64,000 bases of DNA from an uncultured Gemmatimonadales bacterium (GCA_963815515.1 CAWFGP010000003.1:701513-765512), one strand, 5' to 3'. Shown: positions 18,560 through 25,962, numbered from the stretch's first letter. Program-made: numbers and translations. The notes: generated by a model not told the origin, from the sequence alone.

Positions 18560-19399
18560 CTAGCGGCTCGCCGCCACCGTCATCGCTTCGAGCCGGGCGA
18601 CGCGCTCCTCGGTCGGCGGGTGCGTGCTGAACAGGCCGGCCACTCCGCCGTGGGCCGCGAGCGGGTTCACCTGCGCGAGCGGCGCCGCGGCCGGAGCCAC
18701 CTGCATCGGGATCCGCTGCGCCATCGCATCCAGCCGGCGGAGCGCGTTGGCCAGCGGCATCGGACGGCCCAGAATCTCGGCGCCGACCCGGTCGGCCTCG
18801 AACTCCCGCTGGCGGGACACGGCGAACTGGATCAGCATGGCGCCGATCGGAGCGAGCAGGAGCAGCGCCAGCTGCGCCATCGGGTGGCCGTCCTCGTCGC
18901 TCCGCCCTCCGCCGAACAGCAGCAGGTACGGCAGGTTGCTGATCGCGCCGGCGACGCCCGCCGCCAGCGTGGTGATCAGCATGTCCCGGTTCTTGACGTG
19001 CGCCAGCTCGTGCGCGATGACGCCTTCGAGCTCCTCCTGCGGCATGTACTTGAGGATCCCGGTCGTCACCGCGACGACGGCGTGCTCCGGGTTCCGCCCC
19101 GTGGCGAACGCATTGGGCTGCTCGTGCGGCGCCACCGCGACGACCGGCATCGGCAGTCCCGCCCGCTGGCGGAGCGGTCGACCATCCGGTAGAGCTCGGG
19201 CGCCTGCTCCTCGGCTGACGATCTGCGCGCCGTACATCCGGAGCACGATCCTGTCCGAGAAGAAGTACATGATGAAGTTGAACGCGCTGCCCAGGACCAG
19301 GGCGAGCACGAGCCCCTGCGACCCCCCGAGCAGCTGGCCGGCGAGCAGGAACAGGCCCAGAAGGCCGGCCATCAGGACCATGGTCTTGATGTTGTTCAT
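18560..19399 (-). CDS. htpX: M48 zinc metalloprotease HtpX
   Basis: ORF 18560..19456. The ATG at 19399 is preceded by AAGAGGAG. N-terminus MNNIKTMVLMAGLLGLF..., HELAHVKNRD (HExxH) and ...STHPPTEERVARLE. Contains a 13-codon out-of-frame stretch (see findings). Confidence 0.85.
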   Translation of the reverse strand: MNNIKTMVLMAGLLGLFLLAGQLLGGSQGLVLALVLGSAFNFIMYFFSDRIVLRMYGAQIVSRGAGARALPDGRPLRQRAGLPMPVVAVAPHEQPNAFATGRNPEHAVVAVTTGILKYMPQEELEGVIAHELAHVKNRDMLITTLAAGVAGAISNLPYLLLFGGGRSDEDGHPMAQLALLLLAPIGAMLIQFAVSRQREFEADRVGAEILGRPMPLANALRRLDAMAQRIPMQVAPAAAPLAQVNPLAAHGGVAGLFSTHPPTEERVARLEAMTVAASR

Positions 19400-19454
19400 G
19401 CGCTCCTCTTGGCACGTTGCGGTAGCAACTTGCTGGTAAGTGGGGTCTGATGAC

Positions 19455-19508
19455 AAAAAGAGCGAGACCCCGTCCGCTCCGCTTTCGCGTGGACGAAGGT
19501 CTCGCTCT
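19455..19508 (-). terminator. intrinsic terminator / riboswitch expression platform upstream of htpX
   Basis: On the minus strand AGAGCGAGACC...(inner hairpin with GAAA loop)...GGUCUCGCUCU forms an 11-bp stem followed by UUUUU. It ends 55 nt before the htpX ATG. Confidence 0.65.
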
Positions 19509-19618
19509 GATGCGGGGAGATCGTGTCTCCCTCGACCCCGGCTGGACCGTGCCCGAACGCGTCGGACAGTCTTGACGATCCAGTCGTCCGCCTCAGGGCG
19601 GATGAGCTACTCCCCTTC
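19495..19618 (-). promoter_or_regulatory. yybP-ykoY-type (Mn2+) riboswitch aptamer
   Basis: Minus strand reads GAAGGGGAGUAGC..UCCGCC-CUGA-GGCGGA..CUGGAU-CGUCAAGAC-UGUCCGA-CGCGU-UCGGGCA-CGG-UCCAG..GGGAGA-CACGA-UCUCCC..AGAGCGAGACCUUC. The conserved strands GGGGAGUAG, CGUCAA and AGC(R)AGACC are present, closed by a GAAGG/CCUUC helix in a four-helix layout. A TerC gene lies downstream. Confidence 0.75.
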
Positions 19619-19629
19619 TACAGGTCTCA

Positions 19630-19658
19630 AATCTAGCCGGGTATCCCGCGGGAATCAA
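19630..19658 (-). promoter_or_regulatory. candidate sigma70-type promoter for the riboswitch-htpX-terC transcript
   Basis: Minus strand TTGATT (19658-19653), 17-nt spacer, TAGATT (19635-19630). The aptamer P1 helix starts 11 nt downstream of the -10 element. Confidence 0.45.
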
Positions 19659-19765
19659 TTCAGCCGCAGCTGCCCCTCAAGCGGCTCGTTCCTCCGTCGC
19701 CGCTGGCGCCGCCCCAGGTTTTCGAGCGCCGGCCGGATCGTCTCCAGCTTGTCCAGCGCCCCCAC
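19655..19765 (-). CDS. candidate small basic protein (36 aa from GTG; 42 aa if fused to the ATG at 19784 by removing one G of a G5 run)
   Basis: Frame reads VGALDKLETIRPALENLGRRQRRRRNEPLEGQLRLN*, with 32 of 36 codons ending in G/C (coding-like for this genome). GAGGAG lies 7 nt upstream of an out-of-frame ATG at 19784. No homology recognised. Confidence 0.3.
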   Translation of the reverse strand: MGALDKLETIRPALENLGRRQRRRRNEPLEGQLRLN

Positions 19766-19807
19766 GGCGACCGTCGCCGGTCATCGTGCGCTCCTCTCTC
19801 GTCTACG

Positions 19808-20338
19808 CTATTCGCGGGTGGCGGTGAACATGCCGGTCGCCTTCATCGGCCGGGTCTCGTCGGCCGGATGCGAGGCGAGAAACCCGGTGGCCACCACCTG
19901 GAACCGTCCACGAATCACGTTGTCGGTCGCGGAGGTGATGATCGGGTAGCCCGACTGGCCCCGGAACACGCCGGTGGGCCGGGTGGCGGAGCCGGTCATG
20001 ACGAGCGCGCGGACCTCGTCAGAGCCATCATCCCGCCCCGAGACCGCGTAGGTGCCGGGCGTCAGCCGGGCGCGGTTGGTCCGGGTGAAGAGCACCGAGC
20101 CATCCGTGCCGTCGGCCCCCAGCGACAGAGCGAACATCGTTGGGGCGCCGCGACTTTCGACCGCGCCGAACCGCGCCGTGCCGCGGGGGCTGGCGTGCAG
20201 GTCATCGCCATGGAGCTCCGCGAGGAAGGAGGAGGACTCAGTCAGAACCGGCAGGAGCGTGGGGCGCGGTCTCCCGGTGAATGCCGCCAGCGTGAGGACG
20301 ATGAGCGAGCTCAGACTCAATGCGGTAGTGGTCTTCAT
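19808..20338 (-). CDS. secreted hypothetical protein
   Basis: ORF 19808..20437. The ATG at 20338 is preceded by AAGGAG. Signal peptide MKTTTALSLSSLIVLTLAAF. No family recognised. Confidence 0.55.
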   Translation of the reverse strand: MKTTTALSLSSLIVLTLAAFTGRPRPTLLPVLTESSSFLAELHGDDLHASPRGTARFGAVESRGAPTMFALSLGADGTDGSVLFTRTNRARLTPGTYAVSGRDDGSDEVRALVMTGSATRPTGVFRGQSGYPIITSATDNVIRGRFQVVATGFLASHPADETRPMKATGMFTATRE

Positions 20339-20557
20339 GGTGTGACTCCTTCTCGGGGGGCCCAGGCTGTAGTGGCAGTCGGCTTCGGGCCTCGCCGCCG
20401 CCCAGTTGACGGGAACAAGTCTACGGGGCGGAGTCACGCTGAAATCACCGGGATCTCACCACGTGCATCTGGCTGGCCCACAGCGACTTACGGTAACGCC
20501 ATGTAGCGATGACGATCGAGGGGCCCTGATTCGCATGACCCGAGCGGGTAGGCGAGG

Positions 20558-21811
20558 TTAGAAGGCGGGTTGCGCCTGGTGCCCGTGGTCCTCGAAGAGG
20601 ATCGCGGGCACTTCCGCGCCCGCCGGCGTCTCGAACTGGCCTTCGGGGATGACGAGCAAGGCGTTCGCCAGGACCATCGAGGTGAGGATGCCGGAGCCCT
20701 GCGGGCCGGTGAGCCGCGCTTCGAGGCCATCCGCCGTTTCGCGGACCACGCCTCGCAGGAAGTGCTGCAGCTTCGGTCTGACCGAGACCGGCTCCGCCAG
20801 TCGCACCGGCACCGCCCGGCGGAAGGGCAGGGCGTGGCCGCACATCTTCCGGATCGCGGGCCGCACGAACAGCTCGAACGTCACCATCGTGCTTACCGGG
20901 TTGCCCGGTAGCCCGATCCACGGAATCCCGCCGAGCAGCCCGAATCCCACCGGCGCGCCCGGCCGCATCCGCAGCTTCCAGAACCGCTGCACGGCACCGA
21001 GCTCATCGAGCACGGAGCGGACGTAGTCGTGCTCGCCGACGCTGATCCCCGCCGTGGTGACCAGGAGATCGCAGTCGAGCGCGCGCTGGAAGTGCTCGCG
21101 CAGGCTCTCGGGGGTATCGCGGGCGATGCCGAGATTCACCGGCTCGCCGCCGGCGTGGCGGACCAGCGCCACGAGCGTATGAGTGTTGCTGCTGGCGATC
21201 TTCCGTCCGCTCAGGATCTCCTCGGGCTGGTCGACGTCCACGATCTCGTCGCCGCTGCCGAGAATCGCGACCCGCGGGCGGCGGTAGACCAATGGCTGCG
21301 CCACGGCGAGCGAGGCGAGTACCCCGAGCGGCGCGGGGCCCAGCTCCATTCCCGCCGTGAGCACCGTGGCGCCGCGCCGGATGTCCTCGCCCACGCGCCG
21401 GAAGTTGACGCCGACGTCGCGGTCGCGCACGATCGTCACCGTCTCGACGCCTTCGTCGGTGTCCTCCTGCCGGACGACCGTGTCGGCGCCATCGGGGAGC
21501 GGGGCGCCGGTGAAGATTCGGGCGGTCTCGCCGGCCTCGATCCGGCGCGTGGGGAACGCGCCCGCGGGAAGCACCTCCACCACCCGGAGCCGCACCGGCT
21601 GCTCGGCCGACGCGCCCCGCACGTCGTCGCCGCGGGCCGCGTAGCCGTCCATGGCCGAGTTGGTCCAGGCGGGGATGTCGATCGGGCTGACGACGTCCTC
21701 GGCAAGCACGCTGTCGAGCGCGTCGTCCAGCGGGACCCGGAGGGCGGGCTGGCGGCTCACGTCGTCGAGGATGCGGCGCGCGGCCTCGGCGGCCGAGAGC
21801 GGCGCGTTCAT
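20558..21811 (-). CDS. moeA: molybdopterin molybdotransferase
   Basis: ORF 20558..21865. Start at ATG 21811 overlaps the mobB stop by 4 nt. Motifs ILGSGDEIV and TTAGISVGEHDYV, with the MoeA domain order. Confidence 0.85.
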   Translation of the reverse strand: MNAPLSAAEAARRILDDVSRQPALRVPLDDALDSVLAEDVVSPIDIPAWTNSAMDGYAARGDDVRGASAEQPVRLRVVEVLPAGAFPTRRIEAGETARIFTGAPLPDGADTVVRQEDTDEGVETVTIVRDRDVGVNFRRVGEDIRRGATVLTAGMELGPAPLGVLASLAVAQPLVYRRPRVAILGSGDEIVDVDQPEEILSGRKIASSNTHTLVALVRHAGGEPVNLGIARDTPESLREHFQRALDCDLLVTTAGISVGEHDYVRSVLDELGAVQRFWKLRMRPGAPVGFGLLGGIPWIGLPGNPVSTMVTFELFVRPAIRKMCGHALPFRRAVPVRLAEPVSVRPKLQHFLRGVVRETADGLEARLTGPQGSGILTSMVLANALLVIPEGQFETPAGAEVPAILFEDHGHQAQPAF

Positions 21812-22341
21812 CCGTCGATCGCCTGGGCGCACTCGATGGTCAGGGAGGCCAGCAGCTGCAGCCACATCGTGTCCTGGAAGCGGATCACCTTGCAGGGCGA
21901 CTCATAGTCCAGATCGTCGGTGACGAGGGCGGCCCAGAGGTGGGCATCGGGCCCGGTGGGATCGAAGATCGGGGTGGGCGCCACCGAGGGACGGAAAACC
22001 TCGATCTTGGGGATCGGCGCCCGCTTATAACCCTCGGCGAGGACGATGTCCGCGTCCGACATGTACCGCCGCGCGAGCGCCACCGGATCGTACTCGTCGG
22101 GGGACCGCTCGAAGAGCACGCGGAGATCGGGTGCCGCGATCAGCGAGCGCTCGGCACGGCCCTCGTGGAAGTGCCGCCAGCTGTCCGAGCCCGGCCGGTC
22201 CACGTCCGCGGGGTGGTGGCTGTGCTTGATGGTCATGACCCGCCGTCCGCGCCGCGCGAGCTCGCTCGCGAGCGCCACGGTCAGCGTGGTCTTTCCGGCG
22301 TTTTTCCGCCCGATGATGGAAAGGATGCGTGTCGACGCCAC
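21808..22341 (-). CDS. mobB: molybdopterin-guanine dinucleotide biosynthesis adapter MobB
   Basis: Only the C-terminal 178 codons of ORF 21808..22656 are meaningful. GTG 22341 gives VASTRILSIIGRKNAGKTTL (Walker A) ...TIKHSHH. Confidence 0.8.
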   Translation of the reverse strand: MASTRILSIIGRKNAGKTTLTVALASELARRGRRVMTIKHSHHPADVDRPGSDSWRHFHEGRAERSLIAAPDLRVLFERSPDEYDPVALARRYMSDADIVLAEGYKRAPIPKIEVFRPSVAPTPIFDPTGPDAHLWAALVTDDLDYESPCKVIRFQDTMWLQLLASLTIECAQAIDG

Positions 22342-22937
22342 AGTCCGTCCGCGCGAGCGAGATCGTCCGCGGTGTTGACGTTGAAGAACAGGAGCTCCGG
22401 ATCGCCGAAGCGCCGGACCTGGGACAGAGGGAGGATACCGACAGAGATGCGCTGGTGGAAGCCGATGGCGCGGAGGTCGCCGGCATCCAGGGTGGCGGCG
22501 ATGGCGTCGCGGCAGGCGGGCCCGTAGGCGGCACAGAGCGGCTCCACGCCCCGGCGCCCATCGCTCTCGGCCAGCATGGCGTCGTGGGCGTCGAGTCCGG
22601 CGGCGAGGGCCTGGACCAGCGCCACCGACACGAACGGCATGTCCCAGGCGACGCACACGACCGGCGCGGGGGCCTCGACCACCGCCGTGTAGATCCCGCC
22701 GAGCGCCCCGAGCCCCGGGCGGACGTCGGGCACCACCCGAAGGCCGGGACGCCAGGCGCCGGCGTCGGGGGCGTTGGCCACGAGCAGCGGTGGCTGGCCC
22801 AGGGCCTCGGTGAGCGCATTGACCAGCCGGTCGAGGATCCGCTCGCCGCCGATCATCTCCAGGCCCTTCGGCCGGCCGTCGAAGCGGGTGGCCCCGCCGC
22901 CCGCCAGGACCGCGCCGCGGATTCGTCCGCCGGTCAG
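22281..22937 (-). CDS. mobA: molybdenum cofactor guanylyltransferase MobA (start codon uncertain)
   Basis: ORF 22281..23090 is meaningful from ...LLTGGRIRGAVLAGGGATRFDGRPKG (LAGGxxxR.G motif). There is no in-frame ATG/GTG/TTG near the N-terminus. The only candidate is a CTG at 22937 overlapping the upstream TGA (CTGA). Confidence 0.65.
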   Translation of the reverse strand: MTGGRIRGAVLAGGGATRFDGRPKGLEMIGGERILDRLVNALTEALGQPPLLVANAPDAGAWRPGLRVVPDVRPGLGALGGIYTAVVEAPAPVVCVAWDMPFVSVALVQALAAGLDAHDAMLAESDGRRGVEPLCAAYGPACRDAIAATLDAGDLRAIGFHQRISVGILPLSQVRRFGDPELLFFNVNTADDLARADGLWRRHASFPSSGGKTPERPR

Positions 22938-23731
22938 TAGCGTCTCCCCGGCCTGCGCTCCAGGATCACGTCGAGCCCGATGTTGATGCTGAAGATGTGC
23001 TTGTACACGGTTTCGTTCGGCGGCACCTGCCCCTGTCCTATGGGGCCGGTGACCCTCTGGATGCCCACGATGTTGTCGCGGATCTCCCACCGGATCTGGT
23101 ACGCCCGGCCGGCGGCTACGGTGGTCCCGATGCCCAGCACGAAGGCGGGACGGAGCCGGGTGCCCGTGTTCTCGTCATCATAGACCAGCAACTCGTCGCC
23201 GTTGCTGTCGCGTCCGAACAGGCGGAGCGGGCTCTGGTTGTTGACGAGCATGCCGGCGGTGACGCGGGCGAACGGCGAGATGAACTCGTCGCCCGTGAGC
23301 CGGTAGATGAGTCCGGTCGTCAGCGCCACGGCCGCGGCCGACCGCTCGCGCTCGTCGATCGAGTTGCACCGATCGACGTTGAGCGCCGCCTGGGGCGGAG
23401 CCACGAGGCGACAGGTGTCGTCGTATCCCAGACCCATAAGGAACGCCTCGCCGGTGATCCCGAGGTGGCTGCCCTTGTAATACGTGCCCGCGAAGCCGGC
23501 GCCGATCGTGCGCTTCACGTTCCGGGTGAGGGCGAAATGATCCGTGCGCGTGCCCGTGGCGGGATCGATCACCGGCTGGTCGGAGACGCTCCACAGCCCG
23601 ACGTCGTCGAGGTAGGCTCCCGAGACCGTGAAGATGAGGATCGGCCGACCGGCGGCGTGTTGCGCCGCCAGGCGCGAGCCGGGGATCACCAGGCAGGCGG
23701 CGGTGAGGGCGACAGCGACGGCCTCTCTCAT
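22934..23731 (-). CDS. outer-membrane beta-barrel protein, function unknown
   Basis: ORF 22934..23827, start at ATG 23731. Signal peptide MREAVAVALTAACLVIPGSRLAAQ, alternating-hydrophobic strands, C-terminal aromatic residue (...RRPGRRY). Confidence 0.6.
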   Translation of the reverse strand: MREAVAVALTAACLVIPGSRLAAQHAAGRPILIFTVSGAYLDDVGLWSVSDQPVIDPATGTRTDHFALTRNVKRTIGAGFAGTYYKGSHLGITGEAFLMGLGYDDTCRLVAPPQAALNVDRCNSIDERERSAAAVALTTGLIYRLTGDEFISPFARVTAGMLVNNQSPLRLFGRDSNGDELLVYDDENTGTRLRPAFVLGIGTTVAAGRAYQIRWEIRDNIVGIQRVTGPIGQGQVPPNETVYKHIFSINIGLDVILERRPGRRY

Positions 23732-23816
23732 CAGGATCACTCCCCCAGGAATTGGTGGTCCACGGTCGGGCGGACGGAGAGGATCGTTCCGCAGGATCTC
23801 CGCGATCGCCGCGCGG

Positions 23817-24566
23817 TCACTCGGCACCGGCGGCCCCCGCGCCGTGGCGCTGGGGTGTGCCGCTCACCGCCCGGCCGACCAGCACCATTCCGCTCCGCCG
23901 GGCGATCTCGACCGCCAGCGTCGAGGGCACCGACGGCGTGGCCACCCAGCTCAATCCCGCGCGTGAGGCCTTGAATGCGAGCTCGGCCGAGATCCGCCCG
24001 GTCACGAGCAGGCCGAGACCCTCGAGGCGGCGGCCGGCCAGGAAGGCGCCGCCGATCGACTTGTCCACCGCGTTGTGCCGCCCGATGTCCTCGGCGTGGG
24101 CGATCAGGGCGGGCTCCGCCCCGGCGACGAGCGCCGCCGGGTCGACCAGTGCGGCGGCGTGGATGCCGCCGGTGTCCTTGTAGCGGTCGCCCTGCGCGAA
24201 CAGGGCCTTGAACAGCGCGCGGAGATGCTCGGGTTGGGGGGGATCGCCGCGCGGCGGCCGGGCCTCCACGGTGCTGGGCTCCGCTAGGAAGGTGGAGACG
24301 GCGCCGCAGCCCGATGCCAACACAGGACGGCGGCCCTCGGCCTGCACCGCCGCCACCCGCGCCGGCGGGACCTCGGCCCAGAAGCCCAGGTCGGTGGCGC
24401 AGGGCCTCAGGTGCACTTCGTCCAGCCGGTCGATGTAGCCCTCGCCGTGCAGCCAGCCGATGGCCAGCTCCTCGAGCAGGTCGGGTGTGCACATCCAGGT
24501 GACGACCGGTCGGCCATTCACCTCCAGCCAGACCGGAACTTCCTCGACGGCGGCGAGCCCGGACAT
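23817..24566 (-). CDS. fdhD: formate dehydrogenase accessory sulfurtransferase FdhD
   Basis: ORF 23817..24623. VWLEVNGRPVVTWMCTPDLLEELAIGWLHGEGYI and the LASGCGA loop. The ATG at 24566 (GGGGGA upstream) is preferred over 24623, which would overlap queD by 26 nt. Confidence 0.8.
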   Translation of the reverse strand: MSGLAAVEEVPVWLEVNGRPVVTWMCTPDLLEELAIGWLHGEGYIDRLDEVHLRPCATDLGFWAEVPPARVAAVQAEGRRPVLASGCGAVSTFLAEPSTVEARPPRGDPPQPEHLRALFKALFAQGDRYKDTGGIHAAALVDPAALVAGAEPALIAHAEDIGRHNAVDKSIGGAFLAGRRLEGLGLLVTGRISAELAFKASRAGLSWVATPSVPSTLAVEIARRSGMVLVGRAVSGTPQRHGAGAAGAE

Positions 24567-24597
24567 CCGTCCCCCGCGCTTGGCGGGGCGGGCGAGC

Positions 24598-25020
24598 TCA
24601 GGGGGGTCCGGTGTAGTCGGCATAGAGCGTCGGGTCCTCCAGAATGCGTATACGCTCGAGCGTCACGCCGGCGGGGAGACGGGCGGCAACGCGGGGAAAC
24701 ACGTGCGCGGCGATCGCCTCGCAGGTCGGCAGCGTGCGGCCGTAGGCGAACTCGGGCAGGTCCAGATTGAGGTGCCGCCCGTCGAGCCGGGCCACGACCT
24801 CCTCCTGCAGAACCCGGTCAAGAACTACCAGGTCCATGACCATCCCCCGCGTTTCCTCGAGGGGTCCGCTCACGGTCACCACGCATTGATAATCGTGTGC
24901 ATGCCCCGGTGCGTCGCTCAGCGCGCCGAACGCCTCCCGGTTCCGGTCCTCGCTCCAGTCGGGCCGGAAGAAGCGGTGCAGGGCGCGAAAGCCGACGACG
25001 CGCGAGAGCGAGGCCGCCAC
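24598..25020 (-). CDS. queD: 6-carboxytetrahydropterin synthase / PTPS family
   Basis: 140 aa, GTG start. Motifs ...HRFFRPDWS..., GHAHDYQCVVTVSG, GMVMDLVVLD and TCEAIA, typical of QueD/PTPS. Confidence 0.75.
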   Translation of the reverse strand: MAASLSRVVGFRALHRFFRPDWSEDRNREAFGALSDAPGHAHDYQCVVTVSGPLEETRGMVMDLVVLDRVLQEEVVARLDGRHLNLDLPEFAYGRTLPTCEAIAAHVFPRVAARLPAGVTLERIRILEDPTLYADYTGPP

Positions 25021-25023
25021 GGA

Positions 25024-25806
25024 TCAGAGCGAGAAGGTGTAGCCGAGCCCGACGGTCAGCACCGAGCTCGTGATCCACTCGCTCACCCGGCCATCGGTGA
25101 TGACGGCGTTGGAGTTGTCGGGCGGATCGCCGGGCTCGGCCGCGGGCTCGTCCTCGAAGGTCGTAGGATACTTGAGCTTCAGGAACAGGGCCCGGGCCTC
25201 GCCCCGGAGGGAGAGCCGGTCGGTGACGAAGATCCGCACGCCGACCATCGGCGCGAGATAGATCTTCTTGCCCAGCTCGAACCTGCTGGTGTCGGCGGGG
25301 GTGCCGCTGGGAAAGGTGAGGCCCACGCCGCTGCCTACGAAGGGCGCCAGCCGGTGCCAGGTCTTTCCGCCGGTCAGGTTGAGCTGGAGGTTGGCCTCGG
25401 CGAACGTGACCGTCTGGTCCACCGGGCCCGAGACGCGCCGGGACAGCGAATCGAACGGGTCCACGATGAGCCGCTCCAGATCGGCGCGGGCAAACCCGAG
25501 GCCGATCTGGATCGTCGAGCCGGTCCGGAGGTCGTAGCGGAGCCCGTAGATCTGCCCGTCGTGCGGGCCGATCTCGAACCGTCCGCCCGAGCCCCCGAAC
25601 TGGCCGAAGAAGGGCGTGACGGTGTGCCCCTTCCGGATGTCGTGGTAGGGCGAGGATTCGGGACTGTGTCCCACCTGGGCGGCGAGCGGGGCGGGGAGGC
25701 CCGCGAGAAGCAGCACGCCCGAGAGCAGCACTGCGCTGGCCGAGAGCAGAACGGCGCTGGCCGAGAGAATTGCGCTGGCCGAGAGCAGAATTGCGCTGCC
25801 CGTCAT
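25024..25806 (-). CDS. outer-membrane beta-barrel protein, function unknown (N-terminus uncertain)
   Basis: ORF 25024..25944. The first plausible start, ATG 25806, lies inside a palindromic repeat arm. The N-terminus MTGSAILLSASAILSASAVLLSASAVLLSGVLLLAGLPAPLAAQ is partly encoded by a 21-nt tandem repeat. The mature part has beta-strand periodicity and ends ...VGLGYTFSL. Confidence 0.55.
   Translation of the reverse strand: MTGSAILLSASAILSASAVLLSASAVLLSGVLLLAGLPAPLAAQVGHSPESSPYHDIRKGHTVTPFFGQFGGSGGRFEIGPHDGQIYGLRYDLRTGSTIQIGLGFARADLERLIVDPFDSLSRRVSGPVDQTVTFAEANLQLNLTGGKTWHRLAPFVGSGVGLTFPSGTPADTSRFELGKKIYLAPMVGVRIFVTDRLSLRGEARALFLKLKYPTTFEDEPAAEPGDPPDNSNAVITDGRVSEWITSSVLTVGLGYTFSL
25719..25799. 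repeat. four tandem copies of an 18-21-nt unit (CCGAGAGCAGNNNNGCGCTGG)
   Basis: Units at 25719-25739, 25740-25760, 25761-25778 and 25779-25799. They are in frame (7 or 6 codons) and encode the SA(I/V)LLSA reiteration in the putative signal peptide. Confidence 0.75.
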
Positions 25807-25906
25807 CCCGAGCGGAGCGAGGGACCTGCTTCCGGGAATCGCTCGAGCCAGTCCCGGAAGAGGTCCCTCGCTCCGCTCGGGATGACGGGCCCGCTCGGGA
25901 TGACGG
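25802..25906. repeat. REP-like palindromic element (long variant) plus a duplicated right half-arm
   Basis: GTCATCCCGAGCGGAGCGAGGGACC (25802-25826) pairs with GGTCCCTCGCTCCGCTCGGGATGAC (25862-25886). An inner CTTCCGGGA/TCCCGGAAG pairing extends the stem. An extra CCGCTCGGGATGACGGG copy follows. Confidence 0.8.
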
Positions 25907-25962
25907 GCGACGATCGAATTACGCTGATGCATGCACGCTCTCACGCAAAGTGTTCCCCACGT

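Noticed and set aside
16257-19415. 1052-aa ORF on the minus strand. Similar giant ORFs include 24460..27510 (+, 1016 aa), 14670..15764 (+), 6718..8559 (+), 11772..13370 (-), 58642..60816 upstream part, and 62695..63753 (-).
   Set aside because: These run antisense to, or out of frame with, genes that have clear family signatures. Their translations are Arg/Pro/Gly/Ala-rich low-complexity strings. Stop-codon scarcity in very GC-rich DNA produces such shadow ORFs.
19420-19454. Sigma-32-like -10 element (CCCCACTT) between the terminator and the htpX RBS.
   Set aside because: There is no acceptable CTTGAA-type -35 at the right spacing (the upstream bases are the terminator T-tract). The riboswitch promoter at 19630-19658 explains htpX expression more simply.
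19655-19765. Small ORF as a remnant of a NifU-like domain (LDKLETIRPAL resembles the IEKTLDTLRPYI of the nifU gene at 35116).
   Set aside because: The similarity is limited to about 10 residues. No CxxC motif follows in any frame.
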